DNA from: Heterodontus francisci
Lineage: Eukaryota
Length of the DNA: 64,000 bases
Assembly (NCBI RefSeq): GCF_036365525.1
Contig: NC_090410.1
Location: 20,804,182 to 20,868,181, forward strand
Reading direction: 5' to 3'
The notes below the pieces were generated by a model that saw only the letters and a list, made by a program, of their open reading frames with translations, made no database searches and was not told the DNA's origin. The position numbers and the translations under genes were made by a program. Below are positions 1-13,000 of this stretch, in pieces (the stretch's first letter is position 1; every line of letters starts with the position of its first letter).

Positions 1-504
1 GCTTTCATGGGACCATAAATACATTTATTTATACATCAGAAATAAACCAGCAATATCTAAGAGCAGAGAGATGACTGCAGTCAAAGATCAGGTTCAGAGA
101 TACCACAGCGGTTAAAGCACCTTTATGATCCCCCAAAGTACAGAGAACAGGACTGCAAAAATAAACTTGACCTTTCCAAAGCTCCAATTACTGGCAGAGA
201 AACCTGGTCTCAAACACTTGTGCTCGTTTTTCATTGCTGCTCCTTGGCACATATTTTAAAAAGGATGTTTCCTCTCCCTCCCTCCCCCCCCCCCACCCCC
301 GCCCAAAACACTAGATGAAACAAACAAGAGAGATACAGTGATGCTTCAAGTTTGACTTCCACACAAAACGAGAATACTCAAGTAAAATGGACCTTAAACC
401 ACAGCTTTGAATGGGGCAATGGCCTTGAGATTATTTGGTAAGATTGCTTTCCTCAAAGGCAACATCTTTCAGAGACACGAATGGAAATGTTGAGGGCAAC
501 AGTT

Positions 505-670
505 TGAAACAAAAAGCAAAAAAGGAAAAAGACTGCAGATGCTGGAAATCGGAATAGAAAATACACAAGTGAAAAACACAACAGGTCAACCAGCATCTGT
601 GGCGAGAAGAGGGGGTTTAATGTCTTGGTCAGAAATGCTAACTTGATCTGTGTTTCCAGCATCTCCTGTT
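505..670. mobile_element. Degenerate Penelope-derived palindromic element downstream of the CAPNS1 stop codon
   Basis: ctgcagatgctggaaa...tttccagcatct inverted ends; similar to the 34959-35191 family. Confidence 0.55.
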
Positions 671-727
671 CCTTAATCTCCCATTTTCAAAGCTCTTTCT
701 ACAGCAAGACCTTTCCATCAAACCTTT

Positions 728-733
728 TTTATT
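728..733 (-). promoter_or_regulatory. Candidate polyadenylation signal (AATAAA) for CAPNS1-like; a second one lies at 24-29
   Basis: tttatt on the + strand about 270 nt downstream of the stop codon; usage not verifiable from sequence. Confidence 0.35.
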
Positions 734-1004
734 TTGGCAATCACAACTATTGAAAAGAAAGCAGTGCGAAGTTTCAGAACAGTCAAGATTAGCCACCTTT
801 GAAGAATGAACGACATTTCCAACAAGCTGCATTCGCAGATATCTCTAACTATAAAAAGCCTACATGCAGAAAAATATATTTTCACCCCCACCCCCCACCC
901 ACCCCACCTCCAATCAGCCAAGCAAAGAACCGATTCTGCAGCTGTCTGGAAGATGGGTAGTGAGATCTTCAGTTCCCTGAAGGGCTGATACCGAGACGAG
1001 TGCT

Positions 1005-1031
1005 TTAGGAGTACATGGTGAGCTGCAGCCA
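1005..1031 (-). CDS. CAPNS1: CAPNS1-like coding exon 10 (WLQLTMYS*)
   Basis: Acceptor ctcctgttctctgttctag followed by TGG CTG CAG CTC ACC ATG TAC TCC TAA. Confidence 0.96.
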   Translation of the reverse strand, partial: WLQLTMYS

Positions 1032-4000
1032 CTAGAACAGAGAACAGGAGAAGGTCATTAGCCACCATTGCCTATTTGTAACATCAGTGCTCACTTTCCA
1101 TCATCATGGTATAAGGTAAGCTATAGACATACTTGCTACACACCACAGTCGTTATTTTACTAGACTGGTAACCTAGAGGCCCAAACAAAAACAAAAAATC
1201 CAGAGAACACAGAGTTCAGATCCCACCACAGCAGTTTGGGAACTTGAATTCGGTTTTAAATTTTTTTTAAAAATCAGGAAATAAAGTTTAAAAAGTTGGG
1301 CATCACTAGAAGTGACAAACTGTTGGATTGTCAAAAATCCAAATGGTTCATTTATGCCCTTTTGGGAAGGAAACCTGCTGTCCTCATGTGACTGAATCTT
1401 ATCTGTCCTCTGAAGTGGCTGTGAAAGCTCTTCACTTGTATCCAGCTCAACTAGGGATGGGCAATAAATTCCAGCCTTACCCACATTCAGAAAAATGAAT
1501 AAAAGCATAAAATGAAACTCTTATCTCTGAAGGAACCTTCTCAGTTATGGACAGTGCAACTCAGCAACTTCTTCCCTTCACACTTTCAAAAGAAGTCCTA
1601 GTTTTAGTTGGTCAGGTGTCTGACTAGTGGACAAGAAAATTGTTGGTCTGAATGTAGAATGTACACAGTTCCTTACAGGGAGGCTCCCTGCTTGATAAAG
1701 CAGGAGAACCAAAGATTGAGACTCATTTGAAGGACAGTAATCAAACGGAGTCATATTCAGCTCAGCTGTCACAAGTGGAGAAAATGCAGCTTCACCAATG
1801 GTGAAGCTTAAAACTCATTGTCACTCATTGGAGATAGTCATAGTCAAGGATGACCCATAGAAACTTTACACTTGATCAAATTATCAAATTGCATTTTCTT
1901 TGGCTCAAGTGACTAAACATGCCAGCCAACATGGCACCTGAATAGGCTGAGCCAAGATCTCACACCAGGTTTACAAAGAATAAGCAACAAGGATCCCAAA
2001 GACGAGGTAAAAACAGATGCTAGATGGTGGATATCCCTGTTTGAATTGTAATGCAGTAAGGGACAACTTCTGACCCTACCTCCACTATGTTAACTCTGAT
2101 GCAGCCTGTGTCATTCTTATCCAAAGCTTTGAACGATCCTGCAAGTGAAACAGAACATTAGTGAAACCTAACCAGTTCTTCCCAATAATTTGCATTTGTC
2201 CATTAAAAGACACTGTATAATGCCCTGAGGCACTTCAGTGAGATTAATCAAACAAATTTGACACTGAGCCACACAAGGAGATATTAGGACAGGTGACTAA
2301 AACCTACCTCTTTGACCAAGATTTTGAAGGAATATCTTAAAGGAAGAGAGCTAAAAAAGGTGAAAAGGTTTGGAGGAGAGGGAATTCCAGAGCTTAGGGC
2401 CTAACCAGCTGAAAGTACAATAATGGAGCAAAGAAAACTGAGGATGCACAAGAGACCAGAATTGGAGGAACAGAGGTTGTTGGGCGAGAGGAGGTTAGAG
2501 AGACAGGAAGGAGTGAGGTCATGGAGGGATTTGAAAACAAGGATGTGAATTTTAAAAATCAAAGCATTTGCAGACTGGGAGCAAGGATAGGGGTGATGGT
2601 TGAACAGGACTTGGAGAGTTTTGAAGGAGCTCAAATTCACATTTTCACTTTAAACAGAGGCTAATTGGTGCTGTTTGCAGGCTTCTAAATCTAAAGGTAA
2701 CAGATTAAAACTTAGACGACTAGACAGGGAAGGGAAACGGTGCGGGGTGGGGGGGGCGCGCTGGAAGAGGGATAAAATAGATAAAAGAATTGTAGCTTAG
2801 TTATCATTTAAATCAATGATCTGGAATGCACTCTGAAAGGGTAGTGGAAGCAGATTCAATAGTAGCTTTAAGAAAATTGGATAAATACTTAAAGGCAACA
2901 AATTTTACAAGGGTACAGGGGGAAAACAGCAGGGGGAGTGGGCTTAATTGGAGCATTCTTTCAAAAGAGCTGGCACTGACACAATGGGCCAAATGGCCTC
3001 CTCGCATGCTGTACGATTCTCTAATTCAATTAAGAGTGAACACAGCAGCTTGCTCTGCTGCTTACAGGTTCCAAAGATTGTTGGTATTTTCCTTCCCTCC
3101 ACACAAATTTACACAAATATTTTGTTTTAAAGTCAGTTTGAGGTCGTAATTAAAAGTACAGCTCACTGCAGAAAAATGTGCCTTTAACCAAATACTTACA
3201 GGGAATTGATCATTTGCAGTATGCACAAAACCAAGACCAGATGTGAACCAGAGACTCTGCTATCCAACGCAAGCAGCTCATTTCCATTTTGGGAATCACA
3301 ATGTTTGGATCTCATCAGCTTCTACAAAACTCAATATATAGGCAAGGTCTGTCATGTTGTTTCCCCTCCCTCTGAACTTTCTGTCCAACCTTCTGCCTAT
3401 GAGCTTCACTAGATCCCTGAACCCTGGCACCTTTTGACCAGGCAAAGGTGTCCTGTTTACATAGGACTATAGAATTTACAGCAGAGAAACTGGCCATTGG
3501 ACCCAACTGGTCTATGCTGTATATTAAAGGCCTGCTCAGGTCTGCAAGTGAAACCTGACCCAAGCCCGACACAACCACACCTGACCTGAGCCAGAGTCCT
3601 TTCATTTTTTTCCCGCGCCCGACCACCGGAATATAATCAACTTTATTTAGTGCGGAGTGTTTCCCGCCTTGACATCCTGGCGGTCATGGTGTCCGACCTG
3701 CCCCGAAAAAGCAGCCCAACCCGAACCCGCCATGTCGTCGGGTCTAGGTCAGGTAGCTATGCTCGACTGCATATGAGTTTCCTTCCATCCCTCTTCATCT
3801 AACCCTATCAGTATATCTTTCTATTCCTTTCTCCCTCTTGGATCTATCTAGCTTCCCCTTAAATGCATCTATGCTATTCACTTCAACTCTTCCATGTGGT
3901 AGTGGGTTCCACATTTTCTCTACTCTAAGATAAAGATGTTTCTCCAGAATTCCTTATTGGATTTATTACTATCTTATAATTATGGTCCTTAGTTTAGACC

Positions 4001-7000
4001 TCCCCCACATGTGGAAACTTGAATCTACTCCATCAAATACCTCAATAATTTTATTTTTTTTTATAAAAGAGATCTCTATTAGGTTACCCCCATCTTCCCT
4101 TTTCTAGAGAAAAGAGCCCCAGTCTGTTCAGTCTTCCCTGATGAGTATAATCTGAGTTCTGGAATCATCTATGTAAATCTATTTTGCACCGTCTCTAGCG
4201 TTTCAGTATCCTTTTTATAAAAAAATGTGCAAACTAGTATGCATAGTGCTTGTATTTTGGTTTGTTTTACTTCAAGTTCTGTACACAGCAACAACCTACA
4301 AACAGCTCCAATATTGCTGCTCTGCACAACCCAAAGACAAATTCACAAGTTTATTCCAATCAAATTGGCCCAGTGCTCTTAATTCCCAGAGGCAAGGATA
4401 CCAGTCAACATTGCAACAGTGTTGCAAACAGCAAAAGGTTACAACAGAATCCCACTCACTGATCATCGCATCTAGTCGGACTAAGCAGGCAATGTAGTTG
4501 TCGAAGTCCATGTCACCAGATTCATTGGCATATCGGCGATACAACAATCTGTAAAGTTCATCATTCAGGGGATATCCTGAGGGAGAGACAAGGAGAGAAG
4601 GTTAACTTGGTCAAACTCTGGCCTCTCCTCATGGTGAACTGCTACATGCACCCACTGCAGAATTACAACCTGCAGTCATGATATACAAGACATTTCTAAA
4701 CCACACAGAAGTGGAGGTACAAGACTTACTGCAGGTCAATCTTCACTATTTATAGCTCTCTCCAAAAGATCTTTCAGTATACTGCACTGTGCCAACTGCT
4801 GTCCCAAACCTCTATCCATTCACAAGTTCTTCATTTGCAAGCTGACAGTGCAGTCTGCTAAGTGGCACATTTTGTATCCCATTATCACCTGACCACACAC
4901 CAGCACTTTTTCCAAATAGGAGTCACTAGACAGCAATCAGGAGCAAGAGCCTTGGCCAACTTGGCCAGCCTTTGGGCAGCACAGTGGCTAGCACCGCAGC
5001 TTCACAGCTCCAGGGACCCGGGTTCAATTCTGGGTACTGCCTGTGAGGAGTTTGCAAGTTCTCCCTGTGACCACGTGGGTTTTCGCCGGGTGCTCCGGTT
5101 TCCTCCCACCGCCAAAGACTTGCAGGTGATAGGTAAATAGGCCATTGTAAATTGCCCCTAGTGTAGGTGGTAGGGAATATGGGATGACTGTAGGGTTAGT
5201 ATAAATGGGTGGTTCTTGGTCGGCACAGACTCGGTGGGCCGAAGGGCCTGTTTCAATGCTGTATCTCTAAACAACTCTTTGCCTCAAGACTGTAGCATCA
5301 AGATCACTTAACTGACCAGCAACCCAAACTACAACAGCCAGGTGTGTACAGTTACTTAAAAAATTCAGGATGTGGGCATCACTGGCAATCATTTATTACC
5401 CACCCCCAATTGCCCTCGAGCGGGTGGTTCTTGAACCGCTGCAGTTCATTTAGTGTAGGCATGCCCACAGTGCTGTTAGGGAGGGAATTCCAGCATTTTG
5501 ACCCAGCGACGATATAGTTCCAAGTCAGGATGGTGTGCGACTTGGAGGGGTACCTGCAGGTTGTGGTGTTCCCACACCCCTGCTGTCCTCCAGGTAGAGG
5601 ATGCAGGTTTGGAAAGTGCTATTGAGGATGCCTTAGTGAGCTTGGTGCTATAACAGCTAGTGATGGCCACTGACAAGCTTTTAATAGCTATTTTATATAG
5701 TAATGGCATCTATTATAAAACACTTATGTTTATCTTAAGGGCATTGAGGATAGGAAGCATTTGGGGTGGTTTCAAAGCAGTAAGTCTGAAAATCTACAGA
5801 CGTTGCTGAGGCAATTCAGTTAGCAGAGGAGTGCTGTCCATTTGATAATGTCTCAATTTACAGAAAATATTTAATAAGGTTCCATTTGAGACTTTTAAAT
5901 GATTAAGGTACTGAGATAATAAATCAGCTGATAGAGGATGCTTTTGCACTTGAAAGTAAAGGATAATGCAAAAAGATTTTCTACCTAGCAGAACGAAACC
6001 TAGTGGACATTTGCTGGAGGGCTTTTCTAAAGTAGGGCATGTCTGGTTATTATAAAGTCCGCTGATGTTGATCATGCTGACAAGAGACCAACGCACGTGG
6101 GCAAATGTCATGGATAGACTAGGAACGTCCCATGGACTTTATGCCATGCAAGAGCAGAAAAGATGAGAATTTTTTTTTTAATTTAATGCAGTGAGCTGGA
6201 CTGCACTGCTAAGCAAAAAAGGAACAGCAGATTTAGTAGTAACTTCCAATAGGGAATTGGGTAAATTCTTTAGAAGGAAAATTTTGAAGGGCAATGGGGA
6301 AAGAGCAGGGGAGCGAGACTAAACAGATAGCTCTTTCAAGGAGCCGTCACAGGTACAAAGAACAGTACAGCACAGGAACAGGCTATTCGGCCCTCCAAGC
6401 CTGCGCCAATCTTGATGCCTGTCTAAACTAAAACCTTCTGCACTTCCAGGGTCTGTATCCCTCTATTCCCATCCTATTCATTTATTTGTCAAGATGCCTC
6501 TTAAACGTCGCTATCGTACCTGCTTCCACCACCTCCCCCGGCAGCAAGTTCCAGGCACTCACCACCCTCTGTGTAAAAGAGCTTGCCTCACACATCCCCT
6601 CTAAACTTTGCCCCTCGCATCTTAAACCTATGTCCCCTAGTAACTGACTCTTCCACCCTGGGAAAAAGCTTCTGACTATCCACTCTGTCCATACCACTCA
6701 TAGCTTTGTCGCCCCTTCACCTCCGTCGTTCCAGTGAAAACAATCGGAGTTTATCCAACCTCTCCTCATAGCTAATACCCTCCAGACCAGGCAACATCCT
6801 GGTAAACCTCTTCTGTACCCTCGCCAAAGCCTCCACATCCTTCCAGTAGTGTGGCGACCAGAATTGCACGCAATATTCCAAGCGTGGCCTAACTAATGTT
6901 CTGTACAGCTGCAACATGACTTGCCAATTTTTATACTCTGCCCCGACCAGTACACTGGGATGCCTGGCTTCCTTCTACTCTATGATTCTCTGATCAATAA

Positions 7001-10000
7001 AGCTAATCAAATATTTGTGGAATTTAATTAAATGGGAATCCATGAGAAATACTTTACTGTAATGGAATTCTGTTTTGAGACATCATGCAACAGGCTAAAA
7101 TTGGGCCAGGGTGGTATGAAGGCAAGACACATGGATTTATGCCCCCAGGCTCCTTGTCTGTTAAGAATCCAATTTCTAGTCATGCCATTGCAAGAGAGTT
7201 CTGATGAAGGTTATGCTCAAAACATTAACCTCCTTTTGCTATTGCTGTCTGCCCCACTTCCGGTTTTCCCTGATCTCTCAGATCTGCACTACTTGGATGT
7301 TTGGAGGATGCACCAACAGAAGCTGCTCTAGCCTGCCATCTAGTGTTTGGTGGTGAAACTGCATTAGAAAAGGTCTGGAAGGTTACCTCAATCTTGCCAC
7401 AGGCAGCCATTCAGCCCATCATGCTTGTGCTGGCCCTATGAACAAGCTATCAATAAAGCCAAACACCATTCTTTCCTCCCCACCCCCCCCCCCCCCCTCC
7501 TCTCTCTTTTCCATCACCTGTTCTTCAGCCAAGAATGCTACAAAGAAATACTACCTATAATTATAGAAATTAAGTTTTGGGGAAATCACTATTTACAATA
7601 CAGAAACAGGCCATTTGGCCCAATGCCAGTGTTTATGCTCCACACGAGTCTCCTCCCACTATTTACTTCATCTCACCCAATCAAAATATTCTCTATTCCT
7701 TTCTCCTTCACATGCTTATCTGGCTTCCCCTTAAATGCATCTATACTATTCACCTCAAGCACCATGTGGTAGAGAGTTCCACATTCTCATCACTCTGAAG
7801 TTTCTCCTGAATTCTTTACTGGATTCATTAGGGACTACCTTGTATTCATGGCCACTAGTTTTGGACTCCCAAGTACATCCACCCTATCAAACACCTTCAT
7901 AATTTTTTTTTTAATAAAAGAGACCTCTATCAGATCACTCCTCAGCCTTCTCTTTTTTTTTCTAGAGAGAGAAAACAAAGAGTCCCAGCCCATTCAGAAA
8001 GGGGAAACAGATTAGGAATTAAATGACAAGAGCAGCAATTGGTTACATTCTTTGCCATTTAAACTGGGGAAGTGTTGAAAAATGCTACAAAAACGTGCCC
8101 TAGGCTCTTCCTCACTGTCCCCATTGTGGAGCTACAGGCCAGCCAGTCCATTCCATTCTCACACATCTCACCTGCTGCTTTGAATGCCCCAGGCAGCTCC
8201 TGGCTGTTAATTGTTCCCGATTGGTCAGCATCAAATCTTTTGTAGACAGCCTGCGGAGGAAATTACGCAGTTAGTTCAAACAGCACACATGGCCAGGGTG
8301 GCTACGAGCAGGGCACTGATGGCACAGGCACAATAAAGGGCACAGATTCACATTATTCAGCCGAAACTGTACCTACTCTTTCTGCAAGTGCCCAAACAGA
8401 CAAATGTGTTGCATGCCGCCAAGGCTGGCATTTGTTGCCCATCCTTAATTGCCACTGAACAGAGTGGCTTGCTAGGCCATTTCAGAAGGCAGTTAAGAAT
8501 CAACCACATTGTGGTGGGGCTGGAGTCACATCTAGGCCAGACCAGGTAAAGGACAGCAGATTTTGTTCCCTAAAGGAAAATCAGTGAACCAGATGGGTTT
8601 TTATGACAATCGATGATAGTTTCATGGTACCATTACTGAGACTAGCTTTAAACCCCATTTAGAAAGTTAACTCATGTCTGGAATATTCAGAGAGATGGCA
8701 CTTAAGAAACCTATGGGGACAAAAAACACGTGCAAGTACCCACGTGGAAGCAGAGGTTGGGGAAAAAAAGGTCTGTGGGCCTGCAAGTTGAATGCATCCC
8801 AAAGCTGAATGGTCAGAGAGGGAGAGAATTTACTGGGTGAAGGATAGTTAAAGTTTACTGGTGCTGATTGCAAGGATACCAGAGTATCAGTAACAGGATT
8901 GTGATTTAACGAGACAAATTCAGCAAGATTCATGGTCCACGCTGAGAAACTAGGGAATTACAGCAGAGCTGTGAAATAGAAGCGATAAGAAAAGGGTATA
9001 AAAAGGGAGGTGGTCGACATCTAGACAGAGAGCGTCTTCCACACAATAAACCCACTTGGCATAGTTCAAAGGTCAGAAATAATCACCGTCTCCTGTTGGT
9101 ATTTTATTACCATGTTCTCCTATTACTAGAGTCAAGTTGCAACTTTGCCGATTTGGAATCAGTGTTATAGATTCACTTGAATTTCACTTTATATATAATT
9201 CGACAGGTTTGAGCCCAAATTATATTTAAGAGAGAGTGATCGATTTGGTCAACCCAATCATTGAACATGGGACTTTCTGATCCATATGACTTAGTGACAC
9301 GACAGTCTAATCAGGGCACAATCAGCCCGAGGGAAACAATTCCCCAATATATACAGAGCCATATATAGACACAGGTCTTAGTTACTTACAATTATTTACA
9401 TTCTGCTCAAACGCATGCAACATACCTGCCACAACTTAATCTTGTTCCAAAGGTACTTAAATTCTTCAAAGCCCAGCCTCCCAGTGCTGTCGGCCTAAAG
9501 TGCACAGTTAAGGCAGTGTAACCAACTGAATTAAATACACCAGACACTCTCCATTACAGCTTACTCAACCAAAGGCTTCAAACAGGCCTCGAGTTGGGAA
9601 TCTCCAATACAGACATATTTAAACTTTAAAAGTGAAGCAAGCCCACCCTCCAGGGCTCAATCTTCCTAGTCAGCAGCTCAAACAGCAGATAGCCCCTCCA
9701 ACTTCTGACGGTGCAGTCACACTTCTGTACGGATGCCCAACACTTGACCCAGGTAAGCATTTACAGGTGGAACCCTGGATGTCAAAAGTATCAGCAGGCT
9801 ATTTAATTGAGAACATTGGGTGCAATGGGACAAGCCAATTGCTCCAGTCCAATTCAGTCCCAGCATGGATCATTATACACAACTTGCATTTACATAGTAT
9901 TTTCAATGTAGTAAAAGGTCCCAAAAGTACTTCACAGGAGCGTTAATAGACATAATTGGACACCAAACACACAAGCATTTTGGCAGAAGGAATAGAGAGG

Positions 10001-13000
10001 CAATATATACTTAATGGCACAGTTCTAAAGAGCATGCAGGAACCCAGGGATGCATTTGCATCAATCTTTGAAGGTGGCAAGACATATTGAGAGAGTAGTT
10101 AGCAAAGCATATGGGATCTTGGACTTCATAGAGGAATTGAGTACAAAAACATAATTATGCTGAACCTTTATAAAGCTCTGGCTAAGCCCCAACTGGAGTA
10201 TTGGGTCCAATTCTGGTCACCACACTTTAAGAAGAGTGTGAGAGTCCTTGAGAGGGTGCAGTGGAGATTTACCAGGATGGTTCCAGGGCTGGAGGATTTT
10301 AGTTACAAGGTTAAGTTGGAAAAGCTGAGTTTGTTCTCCTTAGAATAATGGAGATTCAGGGGAGATTTAATAGAAGTGTACAAGATAATCACAGGCTTAG
10401 ATAAAGGCAGACAAGGAAAAACTGTTCCCATTAACAAATAGTACTCAGACTAGGGGACACATTGAAAGTAATGGGCAAAGATGATGTGGGGGAATTTGAG
10501 GAAGCACTTTTTTTTGCATAGCAGTTGGTAATGACCACAAGAGTGGTGGAAGCAGAGACGATCAACAACTTCAAGAGGAAGTTGAATGGCCACCTGAGAG
10601 AAATAGACTTGCAGGGCTACGCGGAAAATAGAGCCGGGGAGTGGGACTCACTGCATAGCTTTGTGGAGAGCCAGCATGGACTCGATGGATCAAATGGCCT
10701 CCTTCTGTGTCATAAATGAGACTCAAAGGAGACTTCTGGACAGATGACCAAAAGCTTGGTCAAAGAGGTATACTTTAAGGAGCATCCTAAAAGGAGGAAT
10801 GAGGAAGTTAAGGAAGGGAATTCTAGAGCTTAGGGCCTCGACAGCTGAAAACATGGCCACCAATAATGGCGTGAAGAAATTTGGGGATGTACAGGTCAGA
10901 ATTGGAGGAGTTCTCAAAGGGTTGTAGGGTTTGAGGTGGAAACAGAGCAGTTGAGGCTTTGGAGGGATTTGAACAGAAAATGAGAATTTTAAGTGTAAGA
11001 CATCACTGGACCAGGAGCCAATGTAGGTCAGTGGTAATTGGGGTGTTGGGAGAACAGGACTTGGTGAAAATTAGGTTACAGGCAACAGAATGAACAAGTT
11101 TATAGAGGGTGAAAGATGGAAGGATTATAACAATATCAGCAACTTGTATTTATATATCACCTCTGATGTAATAAAATATTCCAAGGTGCTTCACCGGAGC
11201 ATTAGAAAACAATACGATTCACATAAGGAGACATTGCAGCAGGTGTCCAAAAGCTTGGTCAAAGAGGTCAGTTTTAAAGATTGTCTTCGAAAGAGAGAGG
11301 GAGGTAGAGAAGTGGAGAAGTTAAGGAATGGGAAGGTATTCCAGGGCTTAGCCAGCTGAAGGCACGGCCAACAACGGCAGAGTCATTACAATCCGGGATG
11401 CTCAAGAGGCCAGAATTGGAGGAGCGCAGGTATCTCAAGAGGGTTGCGGGCTGGAGACTAGAAATAGAGAGGGACGAGGCTATAGAGGGGATTTGAAAGC
11501 GAGGATGAGAATTTTAAAATCGAGGCACTGCTTAACCTGGACATAAGTCACTGAGCAAAGGGGTGATTGGGTTTCGGTGCAAGTTAGGACACTGGTAACA
11601 GTGTTTTTGTATGGCAATTCGCTAGCTACAATTAGACAGACAAGAATGGAACCAGGCGAGTGCAGTCCCATCCAGCTGGATGGTAGCAGAGGGGCGTTGA
11701 GGAGGATGGTGTGGTCAACCGTGTCAAAGGCTGCAGGAAAGTGAAGGACAAGGAGGGGTAGTTTACCTGTCAGAGTCACAATGTCATGTGACTTTGACAA
11801 GTGCTATTTCAGTACTGTGGCAGGGACGTAAACCTGACGTTTATTCTGGTTAAACTTCCCTTACCTAAATCAACTCAGATTCTCTAATTTGAGGTGAATT
11901 AATATTTCTGCAACAACCCCCCCTCTGCCCCCGATGAGTCAGCTAACTCAGCAGAAACCAGGGATGACCCATGTGATCTACCCAATCAGTATTCAGCCTA
12001 TTAGAACAAAAGAACTGAGATATTAGAAACAGATGTGACCAACAGCCAACATATTGGAGATGAAGGTTAGTTTTGCCTTTTACAGGAGGATACATCCATG
12101 ACAGCTACCATACTACGGCAGGACTCCAGGCTGAACCCATCAGTCTTCAGATCAGCATCTGCGGCAGAGAACAAAAACGGTCAACATCGCAATTAAATCC
12201 AGGAACCTATTGCATCCAAATGCTTGGCCCACCCAGGGAGCAGGGGCAGAGACCTCAAATCAATAGATTGGCATCTCACTACTGCACTGCTCAAAATTCA
12301 ACACTAATCACTTTAGTGGAACCATTTCTGAAATATCCAATGCCCTAGTGTAAATCAACCAGAAGTGCCTCTTTGGAAAAAAAAAAAGAGGGGCATAACT
12401 AAAAAAACGTAACTATTTTTTGAAAAAAGAAAACAAATGCGAATATTGTTATTGGTATCCACTATGCATTCCAATCGCTGCAGTGGCCATTGGTCACAGA
12501 AGGTAAAGACTATTGCACCATGGGGCGGCACAGTGGCTAGCACCGCAGCCTCACAGCTCCAGCGACCCGGGTTCAATTCTGGGTACTGCCTGCGTGGAGT
12601 TTGCAAGTTCTCCCTGTGTCTGCGTGGGTTTCCTCCGGGTGCTCCGGTTTCCTCCCCCATGCCAAAAGACCTAAAGGTTGATTGGTAAATTGGCCATTAT
12701 AAATTGCCCCTAGTATAGGTAGGTGGTAGGGAAATATAGGGACAGGTGGGGATGCGGTAAGAATATGGAATTAGTGTAGGATTAGTATAAATGGGTGGTT
12801 GATGGTCCGCACAGACTCGGTGGGCCGAAGGGCCTGTTTCAGTACTGTATCTCTAAACTAAACTAAACCTATTATTCCCAGGCAGTCTCCCAGCCAAGTA
12901 ACAGCTAACCCTTACCTTGCTTAGCGTCAAAGATTGAACTGGATCAGACATTGTTTTTAAATCAGATTTAATCAACATGAAACACATTTACATTGTTGTA

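Larger units (their letters stand above)
9495..12093 (-). other. CAPNS1: U12-type (minor spliceosome) GT-AG intron of CAPNS1-like gene
   Basis: Donor GAT|GTATCCTCC (U12 consensus RTATCCTT). Branch point CCTTAAC at 9513-9507 lies 12 nt from the 3' end of the intron, with no real polypyrimidine tract. Confidence 0.88.

Noticed and set aside
4296-4547. 83-aa ORF as a stand-alone gene
   Set aside because: Only 4460-4547 is exonic; the rest is intron read-through past A|gtgagt.
12522-12600. tRNA-like A/B boxes at SINE heads as tRNA genes
   Set aside because: They are SINE promoters followed by SINE bodies and tails; no complete cloverleaf.
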